Assembly (NCBI GenBank): GCA_964016885.1
Contig: OZ024742.1
Span: forward strand, 300,700,001 to 300,764,000
Reading direction: 5' to 3'
Source: Eledone cirrhosa
Lineage: Eukaryota
Length of the DNA: 64,000 nucleotides
The notes beneath the pieces are model-generated. The model was not told the DNA's origin. It saw only the letters and a list, made by a program, of their open reading frames with translations, and ran no database searches. Every line of letters starts with the position of its first letter. Position 1 is the stretch's first letter. Below are positions 40,101 to 58,100 of the stretch, one piece after another. The translations under genes were made by a program, and so were the position numbers.

Positions 40101-43100
40101 ATATATTCCATCTCACTCTACACAGAGGACTAGATACCAGCACACCTCATATATTCCATCTCACTCTACACAGATGACTAGATACCAGCACACCTCTTAT
40201 ATTCCATCTCACTCTACACAGAGGACTAGATACCAACACACCTCATATATTCCATCTCACTCTACACAGAGGACTAGATACCAGCACACCTCATATATTC
40301 CATCTCACTCTACACAGAAGACTAGATACCAGCACACCTCATATATTCCATCTCACTCAACACAGAGGAGTAGATACCAGCACACCTCATATATTCCATC
40401 TCACTCTACACAGAGGACTAGATACCAGCACACCTCATATATTCCATCTCACTCTACACAGATGACTAGATACCAGCACACCTCATATATTCCATCTCAC
40501 TCTACACAGAGGACTAGATACCAGCACACCTCATATATTCCATCTCACTCTACACAGAGGACTAGATACCAGCACACCTCATATATTCCATCTCACTCTA
40601 CACAGATGACTAGATACCAGCACACCTCATATATTCCATCTCACTCTACACAGAAGACTAGATACCAGCACACCTCATATATTCCATCTCACTCTACACA
40701 GAGGACTAGATACCAGCACACCTCATATATTCCATCTCACTCTACACAGAGGACTAGATACCAGCACACCTCGTATATTCCATCTCACTCTACACAGAGG
40801 AGTAGATACCAGCACACCTCATATATTCCATCTCACTCTACACAGAGGACTAGATACCAGCACACCTCATATATTCCATCTCACTCTACACAGAGGACTA
40901 GATAACAGCACACCTCATATATTCCATCTCACTCTACAGAGAGGAGTAGATACCAGCGCACCTCATATATTCCATATCACTCTACACAGAGGACTAGATA
41001 CCAGCACACCTCATATATTCCATCTCACTCTACACAGATGACTGGATACCAGCACACCTCATATATTCCATCTCACTCAACACAGAGGACTAGATACCAG
41101 CACACCTCATATATTTCATGTCACTCTACACAGAGGACTAGATACCAGCACACCTCATATATTCCATCTCACTCTACATAGAGGACTAGATACCAGCACA
41201 ACTCATATATTCCATCTCACTCTACACAGATGACTGGATACCAGCACACCTCATATATTCCATCTCACTCTACACAGAGGACTAGATACCAGCACAGCTC
41301 ATATATTTCATGTCACTCTACACACAGGAGTAGATACCAGCACTCCTCATATATTCCATCTCACTCTACACAGAGGACTAGATACCAGCACACCTCATAT
41401 ATTCCATCTCACTCTACACAGAGGACTAGATAACAGCACAGCTCATATATTCCATCTCACTCTACACAGAGGAGTAGATACCAGCACACCTCATATATTC
41501 CATCTCACTCTACACAGAGGAGTAGATACAAGCACACCTCATATATTCCATCTCACTCTACACAGAGGAGTAGATACCAGCGCACCTCATATATTCCATC
41601 TCACTCTACACAGAGGACTAGATACCAGCACACCTCGTATATTCCATCTCACTCTACACAGAGGAGTAGATACCAGCACAATCATATATTTCATATCATT
41701 CTACAGAGAGGAGTAGATACCAGCACACCTCATATATTCCATCTCACTCTACATAGAGGACTAGATACCAGTACACCTCATATATTCCATCTCACTCTAC
41801 ACAGATGACTAGATACCAGCACATCTCGTATATTCCATCTCACTCTACACAGAGGACTAGATACCAGCACACCTCATATATTCCATCTCACTTTACGCAG
41901 CGGAGTATATACCAGCACACCTCATATATTCCATCTCACTCTACACAGAGGAGTAGATACCAGCACACCTCATATATTCCATCTCACTCTACACAGATGA
42001 CTAGATACCAGGACACCTCATATATTCCATCTCACTCTACACAGAGGACTAGATACCAGCACACCTCATATATTCCATCTCACTCTACACAGAGGACTAG
42101 ATACCAGCACACCTCATATATTCCATCTCACTCTACACAGATGACTAGATACCAGCGCACCTCATATATTCCATCTCACTCTACACAGAGGAGTAGATAC
42201 CAGCACACCTCATATATTCCATCTCACTCTACACACAGGACTAGATACCAGCACACCTCATATATTCCATCTCACTCTACACAGATGAGTAGATACCAGC
42301 ACACCTCATATATTCCATCTGACTCTACACAGAGGACTAGATACCAGCACATCTCATATATTCCATCTCACTCTACACAGAGGACTAGATACCAGCACAC
42401 CTCATATATTCCATCTCACTCTACACAGAGGACTAGATACCAGCACACCTCATATATTCCATCTCACTTTACACAGATGACTAGATACCAGCACACCTCA
42501 TATATTCCATCTCACTCTACACAGAGGACTAGATACCAGCACACCTCATATATTCCATCTCACTGCACACAGAGGAGTAGATACCAGCACACCTCATGTA
42601 TTCCATGTCACTCTACACAGAGGACTAGATACCAGCACACCTCATATATTCCATCTCACTCTACACAGAGGGGTACATACCAGCACACCTCATATATTCC
42701 ATCTCACTCTACACAAAGGACTAGATACTAGCACACCTCGTATATTCCATCTCACTCTACACAGAGGACCAGATACCAGTACACCTCATATATTCCATCT
42801 CACTCTACACAGAGGACTAGATACCAGCACACCTCATATATTCCATCTCACTCTACACAGATGACTAGATACCAGCACACCTCTTATATTCCATCTCACT
42901 CTACACAGAGGACTAGATACCAACACACCTCATATATTCCATCTCACTCTACACAGAGGACTAGATACCAGCACACCTCATATATTCCATCTCACTCTAC
43001 ACAGAAGACTAGATACCAGCACACCTCATATATTCCATCTCACTCAACACAGAGGAGTAGATACCAGCACACCTCATATATTCCATCTCACTCTACACAG

Positions 43101-46100
43101 AGGACTAGATACCAGCACACCTCATATATTCCATCTCACTCTACACAGATGACTAGATACCAGCACACCTCATATATTCCATCTCACTCTACACGGAGGA
43201 CTAGATACCAGCACACCTCATATATTCCATCTCACTCTACACAGAGGACTAGATACCAGCACACCTCATATATTCCATCTCACTCTACACAGATGACTAG
43301 ATACCAGCACACCTCATATATTCCATCTCACTCTACACAGAAGACTAGATACCAGCACACCTCATATATTCCATCTCACTCTACACAGAGGACTAGATAC
43401 CAGCACACCTCATATATTCCATCTCACTCTACACAGAAGACTAGATACCAGCACACCTCATATATTCCATCTCACTCTACAGAGAGGAGTAGATACCAGC
43501 ACACCTCATATATTCCATCTCACTCTACACAGAGGACTGGATACCAGCACACCTCGTATATTCCATCTCACTCTACACAGAGGAGTAGATACCAGCACAC
43601 CTCATATATTCCATCTCACTCTACACAGAGGACTAGATACCAGCACACCTCATATATTCCATCTCACTCTACACAGAGGACTAGATAACAGCACACCTCA
43701 TATATTCCATCTCACTCTACACAGAGGACTAGATACCAGCACACCTCATATATTCCATCTCACTCTACACAGTGGACTAGATACCAGCACACCTCTTATA
43801 TTCCATCTCACTCTACACAGAGGACTAGATACCAGCACACCTCATATATTCCATCTCACTCTACACAGAGGAGTAGATACAAGCACACCTCATATATTCC
43901 ATCTCACTCTACACAGAGGAGTAGATACCAGCGCACCTCATATATTCCATCTCACTCTACACAGAGGACTAGATACCAGCACACCTCGTATATTCCATCT
44001 CACTCTACACAGAGGAGTAGATACCAGCACAATCATATATTTCATATCATTCTACAGAGAGGAGTAGATACCAGCACACCTCATATATTCCATCTCACTC
44101 TACATAGAGGACTAGATACCAGTACACCTCATATATTCCATCTCACTCTACACAGAGGAGTAGATACAAGCACACCTCATATATTCCATCTCACTCTACA
44201 CAGAGGAGTAGATACCAGCGCACCTCATATATTCCATCTCACTCTACACAGAGGACTAGATACCAGCACACCTCGTATATTCCATCTCACTCTACACAGA
44301 GGAGTAGATACCAGCACAATCATATATTTCATATCATTCTACAGAGAGGAGTAGATACCAGCACACCTCATATATTCCATCTCACTCTACATAGAGGACT
44401 AGATACCAGTACACCTCATATATTCCATCTCACTCTACACAGATGACTAGATACCAGCACATCTCGTATATTCCATCTCACTCTACACAGAGGACTAGAT
44501 ACCAGCACACCTCATATATTCCATCTCACTTTACGCAGCGGAGTATATACCAGCACACCTCATATATTCCATCTCACTCTACACAGAGGAGTAGATACCA
44601 GCACACCTCATATATTCCATCTCACTCTACACAGATGACTAGATACCAGGACACCTCATATATTCCATCTCACTCTACACAGAGGACTAGATACCAGCAC
44701 ACCTCATATATTCCATCTCACTCTACACAGAGGACTAGATACCAGCACACCTCATATATTCCATCTCACTCTACACAGATGACTAGATACCAGCGCACCT
44801 CATATATTCCATCTCACTCTACACAGAGGAGTAGATACCAGCACACCTCATATATTCCATCTCACTCTACACACAGGACTAGATACCAGCACACCTCATA
44901 TATTCCATCTCACTCTACACAGATGAGTAGATACCAGCACACCTCATATATTCCATCTGACTCTACACAGAGGACTAGATACCAGCACATCTCATATATT
45001 CCATCTCACTCTACACAGAGGACTAGATACCAGCACACCTCATATATTCCATCTCACTCTACACAGAGGACTAGATACCAGCACACCTCATATATTCCAT
45101 CTCACTTTACACAGATGACTAGATACCAGCACACCTCATATATTCCATCTCACTCTACACAGAGGACTAGATACCAGCACACCTCATATATTCCATCTCA
45201 CTGCACACAGAGGAGTAGATACCAGCACACCTCATGTATTCCATGTCACTCTACACAGAGGACTAGATACCAGCACACCTCATATATTCCATCTCACTCT
45301 ACACAGAGGGGTACATACCAGCACACCTCATATATTCCATCTCACTCTACACAAAGGACTAGATACTAGCACACCTCGTATATTCCATCTCACTCTACAC
45401 AGAGGACCAGATACCAGTACACCTCATATATTCCATCTCACTCTACACAGAGGACTAGATACCAGCACACCTCATATATTCCATCTCACTCTACACAGAT
45501 GACTAGATACCAGCACACCTCTTATATTCCATCTCACTCTACACAGAGGACTAGATACCAACACACCTCATATATTCCATCTCACTCTACACAGAGGACT
45601 AGATACCAGCACACCTCATATATTCCATCTCACTCTACACAGAAGACTAGATACCAGCACACCTCATATATTCCATCTCACTCAACACAGAGGAGTAGAT
45701 ACCAGCACACCTCATATATTCCATCTCACTCTACACAGAGGACTAGATACCAGCACACCTCATATATTCCATCTCACTCTACACAGATGACTAGATACCA
45801 GCACACCTCATATATTCCATCTCACTCTACACGGAGGACTAGATACCAGCACACCTCATATATTCCATCTCACTCTACACAGAGGACTAGATACCAGCAC
45901 ACCTCATATATTCCATCTCACTCTACACAGATGACTAGATACCAGCACACCTCATATATTCCATCTCACTCTACACAGAAGACTAGATACCAGCACACCT
46001 CATATATTCCATCTCACTCTACACAGAGGACTAGATACCAGCACACCTCATATATTCCATCTCACTCTACACAGAAGACTAGATACCAGCACACCTCATA

Positions 46101-49100
46101 TATTCCATCTCACTCTACAGAGAGGAGTAGATACCAGCACACCTCATATATTCCATCTCACTCTACACAGAGGACTGGATACCAGCACACCTCGTATATT
46201 CCATCTCACTCTACACAGAGGAGTAGATACCAGCACACCTCATATATTCCATCTCACTCTACACAGAGGACTAGATACCAGCACACCTCATATATTCCAT
46301 CTCACTCTACACAGAGGACTAGATAACAGCACACCTCATATATTCCATCTCACTCTACACAGAGGACTAGATACCAGCACACCTCATATATTCCATCTCA
46401 CTCTACACAGTGGACTAGATACCAGCACACCTCTTATATTCCATCTCACTCTACACAGAGGACTAGATACCAGCACACCTCATATATTCCATCTCACTCT
46501 ACACAGAGGACTAGATATCAGCACACCTCATATATTCCATCTCACTCTACACAGAGGACTAGATACCAGCACACCTCATATATTCCATCTCACTCTACAG
46601 AGAGGAGTAGATACCAGCGCACCTCATATATTCCATCTCACTCTACACAGAGGACTAGATACCAGCACACCTCATATATTCCATCTCACTCTACACAGAT
46701 GACTGGATACCAGCACACCTCATATATTCCATCTCACTCAACACAGAGGACTAGATACCAGCACACCTCATATATTTCATGTCACTCTACACAGAGGACT
46801 AGATACCAGCACAGCTCATATATTCCATCTCACTCTACATAGAGGACTAGATACCAGCACAACTCATATATTCCATCTCACTCTACACAGATGACTGGAT
46901 ACCAGCACACCTCATATATTCCATCTCACTCTACACAGAGGACTAGATACCAGCACAGCTCATATATTTCATGTCACTCTACACACAGGAGTAGATACCA
47001 GCACTCCTCATATATTCCATCTCACTCTACACAGAGGACTAGATACCAGCACACCTCATATATTCCATCTCACTCTACACAGAGGACTAGATACCAGCAC
47101 AGCTCATATATTCCATCTCACTCTACACAGAGGAGTAGATACCAGCACACCTCATATATTCCATCTCACTCTACACAGAGGAGTAGATACAAGCACACCT
47201 CATATATTCCATCTCACTCTACACAGAGGAGTAGATACCAGCGCACCTCATATATTCCATCTCACTCTACACAGAGGACTAGATACCAGCACACCTCGTA
47301 TATTCCATCTCACTCTACACAGAGGAGTAGATACCAGCACAATCATATATTTCATATCATTCTACAGAGAGGAGTAGATACCAGCACACCTCATATATTC
47401 CATCTCACTCTACATAGAGGACTAGATACCAGTACACCTCATATATTCCATCTCACTCTACACAGATGACTAGATACCAGCACACATCGTATATTCCATC
47501 TCACTCTACACAGAGGACTAGATACCAGCACACCTCATATATTCCATCTCACTTTACGCAGAGGAGTAAATACCAGCACACCTCATATATTCCATCTCAC
47601 TCTACACAGAGGAGTAGATACGAGCACACCTCATATATTCCATCTCACTCTACACAGATGACTAGATACCAGGACACCTCATATATTCCATCTCACTCTA
47701 CACAGAGGACTAGATACCAGCACACCTCATATATTCCATCTCACTCTACACAGAGGACTAGATACCAGCACACCTCATATATTCCATCTCACTCCACACA
47801 GAGGACTAGATACCAGCACACCTCATATATTCCATCTCACTTTACACAGAGGACTAGATACCAGCACACCTCATATATTCCATCTCACTCTACACAGAGG
47901 ACTAGATACCAGCACACCTCATATATTCCATCTCACTCTACACAGAGGACTAGATACCAGCTTACATCATATATTCCATCTCACTCTACACAGAGGAGTA
48001 GATAACAGCACACCTCATATATTCCATCTCACTCTACACAGAGGACTAGATACCAGCACACCTCATATATTCCATCTCACTCAACACAGAGGAGTAGATA
48101 CCAGCAAACCTCATATATTCCATCTCATTCTACACAGAGGACTAGATACCAGCACACCTCGTATATTCCATCTCACTCTACACAGATGACTAGATACCAG
48201 CACACCTCATCTATTCCATCTCACTCTACACAGAGGACTAGATACCAGCACACCTCATATATTCCATCTCACTCTACACAGATGACTAGATACCAGCACA
48301 CCTCATATATTCCATCTCACTCAACACAGAGGACTAGATACCAGCACACCTCATATATTTCATGTCACTCTACACAGAGGACTAGATACCAGCACACCTC
48401 ATATATTCCATCTCACTCTACATAGAGGACTAGATACCAGCACAACTCATATATTCCATCTCACTCTACACAGATGACTGGATACCAGCACACCTCATAT
48501 ATTCCATCTCACTCTACACAGAGGACTAGATACCAGCACAGCTCATATATTTCATGTCACTCTACACACAGGAGTAGATACCAGCACTCCTCATATATTC
48601 CATCTCACTCTACACAGAGGACTAGATACCAGCACACCTCATATATTCCATCTCACTCTACACAGAGGACTAGATAACAGCACAGCTCATATATTCCATC
48701 TCACTCTACACAGAGGAGTAGATACCAGCACACCTCATATATTCCATCTCACTCTACACAGAGGAGTAGATACAAGCACACCTCATATATTCCATCTCAC
48801 TCTACACAGAGGAGTAGATACCAGCGCACCTCATATATTCCATCTCACTCTACACAGAGGACTAGATACCAGCACACCTCGTATATTCCATCTCACTCTA
48901 CACAGAGGAGTAGATACCAGCACAATCATATATTTCATATCATTCTACAGAGAGGAGTAGATACCAGCACACCTCATATATTCCATCTCACTCTACATAG
49001 AGGACTAGATACCAGTACACCTCATATATTCCATCTCACTCTACACAGATGACTAGATACCAGCACATCTCGTATATTCCATCTCACTCTACACAGAGGA

Positions 49101-52100
49101 CTAGATACCAGCACACCTCATATATTTCATCTCACTTTACGCAGCGGAGTATATACCAGCACACCTCATATATTCCATCTCACTCTACACAGAGGAGTAG
49201 ATACCAGCACACCTCATATATTCCATCTCACTCTACACAGATGACTAGATACCAGGACACCTCATATATTCCATCTCACTCTACACAGAGGACTAGATAC
49301 CAGCACACCTCATATATTCCATCTCACTCTACACAGAGGACTAGATACCAGCACACCTCATATATTCCATCTCACTCTACACAGATGACTAGATACCAGC
49401 GCACCTCATATATTCCATCTCACTCTACACAGAGGAGTAGATACCAGCACACCTCATATATTCCATCTCACTCTACACACAGGACTAGATACCAGCACAC
49501 CTCATATATTCCATCTCACTCTACACAGATGAGTAGATACCAGCACACCTCATATATTCCATCTGACTCTACACAGAGGACTAGATACCAGCACATCTCA
49601 TATATTCCATCTCACTCTACACAGAGGACTAGATACCAGCACACCTCATATATTCCATCTCACTCTACACAGAGGACTAGATACCAGCACACCTCATATA
49701 TTCCATCTCACTTTACACAGATGACTAGATACCAGCACACCTCATATATTCCATCTCACTCTACACAGAGGACTAGATACCAGCACACCTCATATATTCC
49801 ATCTCACTGCACACAGAGGAGTAGATACCAGCACACCTCATGTATTCCATGTCACTCTACACAGAGGACTAGATACCAGCACACCTCATATATTCCATCT
49901 CACTCTACACAGAGGGGTACATACCAGCACACCTCATATATTCCATCTCACTCTACACAAAGGACTAGATACTAGCACACCTCGTATATTCCATCTCACT
50001 CTACACAGAGGACCAGATACCAGTACACCTCATATATTCCATCTCACTCTACACAGAGGACTAGATACCAGCACACCTCATATATTCCATCTCACTCTAC
50101 ACAGATGACTAGATACCAGCACACCTCTTATATTCCATCTCACTCTACACAGAGGACTAGATACCAACACACCTCATATATTCCATCTCACTCTACACAG
50201 AGGACTAGATACCAGCACACCTCATATATTCCATCTCACTCTACACAGAAGACTAGATACCAGCACACCTCATATATTCCATCTCACTCAACACAGAGGA
50301 GTAGATACCAGCACACCTCATATATTCCATCTCACTCTACACAGAGGACTAGATACCAGCACACCTCATATATTCCATCTCACTCTACACAGATGACTAG
50401 ATACCAGCACACCTCATATATTCCATCTCACTCTACACGGAGGACTAGATACCAGCACACCTCATATATTCCATCTCACTCTACACAGAGGACTAGATAC
50501 CAGCACACCTCATATATTCCATCTCACTCTACACAGATGACTAGATACCAGCACACCTCATATATTCCATCTCACTCTACACAGAAGACTAGATACCAGC
50601 ACACCTCATATATTCCATCTCACTCTACACAGAGGACTAGATACCAGCACACCTCATATATTCCATCTCACTCTACACAGAAGACTAGATACCAGCACAC
50701 CTCATATATTCCATCTCACTCTACAGAGAGGAGTAGATACCAGCACACCTCATATATTCCATCTCACTCTACACAGAGGACTGGATACCAGCACACCTCG
50801 TATATTCCATCTCACTCTACACAGAGGAGTAGATACCAGCACACCTCATATATTCCATCTCACTCTACACAGAGGACTAGATACCAGCACACCTCATATA
50901 TTCCATCTCACTCTACACAGAGGACTAGATAACAGCACACCTCATATATTCCATCTCACTCTACACAGAGGACTAGATACCAGCACACCTCATATATTCC
51001 ATCTCACTCTACACAGTGGACTAGATACCAGCACACCTCTTATATTCCATCTCACTCTACACAGAGGACTAGATACCAGCACACCTCATATATTCCATCT
51101 CACTCTACACAGAGGACTAGATATCAGCACACCTCATATATTCCATCTCACTCTACACAGAGGACTAGATACCAGCACACCTCATATATTCCATCTCACT
51201 CTACAGAGAGGAGTAGATACCAGCGCACCTCATATATTCCATCTCACTCTACACAGAGGACTAGATACCAGCACACCTCATATATTCCATCTCACTCTAC
51301 ACAGATGACTGGATACCAGCACACCTCATATATTCCATCTCACTCAACACAGAGGACTAGATACCAGCACACCTCATATATTTCATGTCACTCTACACAG
51401 AGGACTAGATACCAGCACAGCTCATATATTCCATCTCACTCTACATAGAGGACTAGATACCAGCACAACTCATATATTCCATCTCACTCTACACAGATGA
51501 CTGGATACCAGCACACCTCATATATTCCATCTCACTCTACACAGAGGACTAGATACCAGCACAGCTCATATATTTCATGTCACTCTACACACAGGAGTAG
51601 ATACCAGCACTCCTCATATATTCCATCTCACTCTACACAGAGGACTAGATACCAGCACACCTCATATATTCCATCTCACTCTACACAGAGGACTAGATAC
51701 CAGCACAGCTCATATATTCCATCTCACTCTACACAGAGGAGTAGATACCAGCACACCTCATATATTCCATCTCACTCTACACAGAGGAGTAGATACAAGC
51801 ACACCTCATATATTCCATCTCACTCTACACAGAGGAGTAGATACCAGCGCACCTCATATATTCCATCTCACTCTACACAGAGGACTAGATACCAGCACAC
51901 CTCGTATATTCCATCTCACTCTACACAGAGGAGTAGATACCAGCACAATCATATATTTCATATCATTCTACAGAGAGGAGTAGATACCAGCACACCTCAT
52001 ATATTCCATCTCACTCTACATAGAGGACTAGATACCAGTACACCTCATATATTCCATCTCACTCTACACAGATGACTAGATACCAGCACACATCGTATAT

Positions 52101-55100
52101 TCCATCTCACTCTACACAGAGGACTAGATACCAGCACACCTCATATATTCCATCTCACTTTACGCAGAGGAGTAAATACCAGCACACCTCATATATTCCA
52201 TCTCACTCTACACAGAGGAGTAGATACGAGCACACCTCATATATTCCATCTCACTCTACACAGATGACTAGATACCAGGACACCTCATATATTCCATCTC
52301 ACTCTACACAGAGGACTAGATACCAGCACACCTCATATATTCCATCTCACTCTACACAGAGGACTAGATACCAGCACACCTCATATATTCCATCTCACTC
52401 CACACAGAGGACTAGATACCAGCACACCTCATATATTCCATCTCACTTTACACAGAGGACTAGATACCAGCACACCTCATATATTCCATCTCACTCTACA
52501 CAGAGGACTAGATACCAGCACACCTCATATATTCCATCTCACTCTACACAGAGGACTAGATACCAGCTTACATCATATATTCCATCTCACTCTACACAGA
52601 GGAGTAGATAACAGCACACCTCATATATTCCATCTCACTCTACACAGAGGACTAGATACCAGCACACCTCATATATTCCATCTCACTCAACACAGAGGAG
52701 TAGATACCAGCAAACCTCATATATTCCATCTCATTCTACACAGAGGACTAGATACCAGCACACCTCGTATATTCCATCTCACTCTACACAGATGACTAGA
52801 TACCAGCACACCTCATCTATTCCATCTCACTCTACACAGAGGACTAGATACCAGCACACCTCATATATTCCATCTCACTCTACACAGATGACTAGATACC
52901 AGCACACCTCATATATTCCATCTCACTCTACACAGATGACTAGATACCAGCACACCTCATATATTCCATATCACTCTACACAGAGGACTAGATACCAGTA
53001 CACCTCGTATATTCCATCTCACTCTATACAGATGACTAGATACCAGCACACCTCATATATTCCATCTCACTCTACACAGAGGACTAGATACCAGTACACC
53101 TCATATATTCCATCTCACTCTACACAGAGGACTAGATACCAGCACACCTCGTATATTCCATCTGACTCTACACAAAGGACTAGATACCAGCACACCTCAT
53201 ATATTCCATCTCACTCTACACAGAGGACTAGATACCAGAACACGTCGTATATTCCATCTCACTCTACACAGATGACTAGATACCAGCACACCTCATATAT
53301 TCCATCTCACTCTACATAGAGGACTAGATACCAGTACACCTCATATATTCCATCTCACTCTACACAGAGGACTAGATACCAGCACATCTCATATATTCCA
53401 TCTCACTCTACACAGAGGACTAGATACCAGCACACCTCATATATTCCATCTCACTCCACACAGAGGACTAGATACCAGCACACCTCATATATTCCATCTC
53501 ACTTTACACAGAGGACTAGATACCAGCACACCTCATATATTCCATCTCACTCTACACAGAGGACTAGATACCAGCACACCTCATATATTCCATCTCACTC
53601 TACACAGAGGACTAGATACCAGCTTACATCATATATTCCATCTCACTCTACACAGAGGAGTAGATAACAGCACACCTCATATATTCCATCTCACTCTACA
53701 CAGAGGACTAGATACCAGCACACCTCATATATTCCATCTCACTCAACACAGAGGAGTAGATACCAGCAAACCTCATATATTCCATCTCATTCTACACAGA
53801 GGACTAGATACCAGCACACCTCGTATATTCCATCTCACTCTACACAGATGACTAGATACCAGCACACCTCATCTATTCCATCTCACTCTACACAGAGGAC
53901 TAGATACCAGCACACCTCATATATTCCATCTCACTCTACACAGATGACTAGATACCAGCACACCTCATATATTCCATCTCACTCTACACAGATGACTAGA
54001 TACCAGCACACCTCATATATTCCATATCACTCTACACAGAGGACTAGATACCAGTACACCTCGTATATTCCATCTCACTCTATACAGATGACTAGATACC
54101 AGCACACCTCATATATTCCATCTCACTCTACACAGAGGACTAGATACCAGTACACCTCATATATTCCATCTCACTCTACACAGAGGACTAGATACCAGCA
54201 CACCTCGTATATTCCATCTGACTCTACACAAAGGACTAGATACCAGCACACCTCATATATTCCATCTCACTCTACACAGAGGACTAGATACCAGAACACG
54301 TCGTATATTCCATCTCACTCTACACAGATGACTAGATACCAGCACACCTCATATATTCCATCTCACTCTACACAGAGGAGTAGATACCAGCACACCTCAT
54401 ATATTCCATCTCACTCTACACAGAGGACTAGATACCAGCACACCTCGTATATTCCATCTCACTCTACACAGAGGACTAGATACCAGTACACCTCATATAT
54501 TTCATCTCACTCTACACAGAGGACTAGATACCAGCACACCTCGTATATTCCATCACACTCTACACAGAGGACTAGATACCAGCACACCTCATATATTCCA
54601 TCTCACTCTACACAGAGGACTAGATACCAGCACACCTCATATATTCCATCTCACTCTACACAGAGGACTAGATACCAGCACAGCTCATATATTTCATGTC
54701 ACTCTACACAGAGGATTAGATACCAGCACACCTCATATATTCCATCTCACTCTACACAGAGGACTAGATACCAGTACACCTCATATATTTCATCTCACTC
54801 TACACAGAGGACTAGATACCAGCACACCTCGTATATTCCATCACACTCTACACAGATGACTAGATACCAGCACACCTCATATATTCCATCTCCCTCTACA
54901 CAGATGACTAGATACCAGCACACCTCTTATATTCCATCTCACTCTACACAGAGGACTAGATACCAGCACAGCTCATATATTTCATGTCACTCTACACAGA
55001 GGAGTAGATACCAGCACACCTCATATATTCCATCTCACTCTACACAGAGGACTAGATACCAGCACACCTCATATATGCCATCTCACTCTACACAGATGAC

Positions 55101-58100
55101 TGGATACCAGGACACCTCATATATTTCATCTCACTCTACACAGAGGACTAGATACCAGCTTACCTCATATATTCCATCTCACTCTACACAGATGACTAGA
55201 TACCAGCGCACCTCATATATTCCATCTCACTCTACACAGAGGAGTAGATACCAGCACACCTCATATATTCCATCTCACTCTACACACAGGACTAGATACC
55301 AGCACACCTCATATATTCCATCTCACTCTACACAGATGAGTAGATACCAGCGCACCTCATATATTCCATCTCACTCTACACAGAGGACTAGATACCAGCA
55401 CACCTCGTATATTCCATCTCACTCTACACAGAGGAGTAGATACCAGCACAATCATATATTTCATATCATTCTACAGAGAGGAGTAGATACCAGCACACCT
55501 CATATATTCCATCTCACTCTGCATAGAGGACTAGATACCAGTACACCTCATATATTCCATCTCACTCTACACAGATGACTAGATACCAGCACACATCGTA
55601 TATTCCATCTCACTCTACACAGAGGACTAGATACCAGCACACCTCATATATTCCATCTCACTTTACGCAGAGGAGTAAATACCAGCACACCTCATATATT
55701 CCATCTCACTCTACACAGAGGAGTAGATACGAGCACACCTCATATATTCCATCTCACTCTACACAGATGACTAGATACCAGGACACCTCATATATTCCAT
55801 CTCACTCTACACAGAGGACTAGATACCAGCACACCTCATATATTCCATCTCACTCTACACAGAGGACTAGATACCAGCACACCTCATATATTCCATCTCA
55901 CTCCACACAGAGGACTAGATACCAGCACACCTCATATATTCCATCTCACTTTACACAGAGGACTAGATACCAGCACACCTCATATATTCCATCTCACTCT
56001 ACACAGAGGACTAGATACCAGCACACCTCATATATTCCATCTCACTCTACACAGAGGACTAGATACCAGCTTACATCATATATTCCATCTCACTCTACAC
56101 AGAGGAGTAGATAACAGCACACCTCATATATTCCATCTCACTCTACACAGAGGACTAGATACCAGCACACCTCATATATTCCATCTCACTCAACACAGAG
56201 GAGTAGATACCAGCAAACCTCATATATTCCATCTCATTCTACACAGAGGACTAGATACCAGCACACCTCGTATATTCCATCTCACTCTACACAGATGACT
56301 AGATACCAGCACACCTCATCTATTCCATCTCACTCTACACAGAGGACTAGATACCAGCACACCTCATATATTCCATCTCACTCTACACAGATGACTAGAT
56401 ACCAGCACACCTCATATATTCCATCTCACTCTACACAGATGACTAGATACCAGCACACCTCATATATTCCATATCACTCTACACAGAGGACTAGATACCA
56501 GTACACCTCGTATATTCCATCTCACTCTATACAGATGACTAGATACCAGCACACCTCATATATTCCATCTCACTCTACACAGAGGACTAGATACCAGTAC
56601 ACCTCATATATTCCATCTCACTCTACACAGAGGACTAGATACCAGCACACCTCGTATATTCCATCTGACTCTACACAAAGGACTAGATACCAGCACACCT
56701 CATATATTCCATCTCACTCTACACAGAGGACTAGATACCAGAACACGTCGTATATTCCATCTCACTCTACACAGATGACTAGATACCAGCACACCTCATA
56801 TATTCCATCTCACTCTACATAGAGGACTAGATACCAGTACACCTCATATATTCCATCTCACTCTACACAGAGGACTAGATACCAGCACATCTCATATATT
56901 CCATCTCACTCTACACAGAGGACTAGATACCAGCACACCTCATATATTCCATCTCACTCCACACAGAGGACTAGATACCAGCACACCTCATATATTCCAT
57001 CTCACTTTACACAGAGGACTAGATACCAGCACACCTCATATATTCCATCTCACTCTACACAGAGGACTAGATACCAGCACACCTCATATATTCCATCTCA
57101 CTCTACACAGAGGACTAGATACCAGCTTACATCATATATTCCATCTCACTCTACACAGAGGAGTAGATAACAGCACACCTCATATATTCCATCTCACTCT
57201 ACACAGAGGACTAGATACCAGCACACCTCATATATTCCATCTCACTCAACACAGAGGAGTAGATACCAGCAAACCTCATATATTCCATCTCATTCTACAC
57301 AGAGGACTAGATACCAGCACACCTCGTATATTCCATCTCACTCTACACAGATGACTAGATACCAGCACACCTCATCTATTCCATCTCACTCTACACAGAG
57401 GACTAGATACCAGCACACCTCATATATTCCATCTCACTCTACACAGATGACTAGATACCAGCACACCTCATATATTCCATCTCACTCTACACAGATGACT
57501 AGATACCAGCACACCTCATATATTCCATATCACTCTACACAGAGGACTAGATACCAGTACACCTCGTATATTCCATCTCACTCTATACAGATGACTAGAT
57601 ACCAGCACACCTCATATATTCCATCTCACTCTACACAGAGGACTAGATACCAGTACACCTCATATATTCCATCTCACTCTACACAGAGGACTAGATACCA
57701 GCACACCTCGTATATTCCATCTGACTCTACACAAAGGACTAGATACCAGCACACCTCATATATTCCATCTCACTCTACACAGAGGACTAGATACCAGAAC
57801 ACGTCGTATATTCCATCTCACTCTACACAGATGACTAGATACCAGCACACCTCATATATTCCATCTCACTCTACACAGAGGAGTAGATACCAGCACACCT
57901 CATATATTCCATCTCACTCTACACAGAGGACTAGATACCAGCACACCTCGTATATTCCATCTCACTCTACACAGAGGACTAGATACCAGTACACCTCATA
58001 TATTTCATCTCACTCTACACAGAGGACTAGATACCAGCACACCTCGTATATTCCATCACACTCTACACAGAGGACTAGATACCAGCACACCTCATATATT

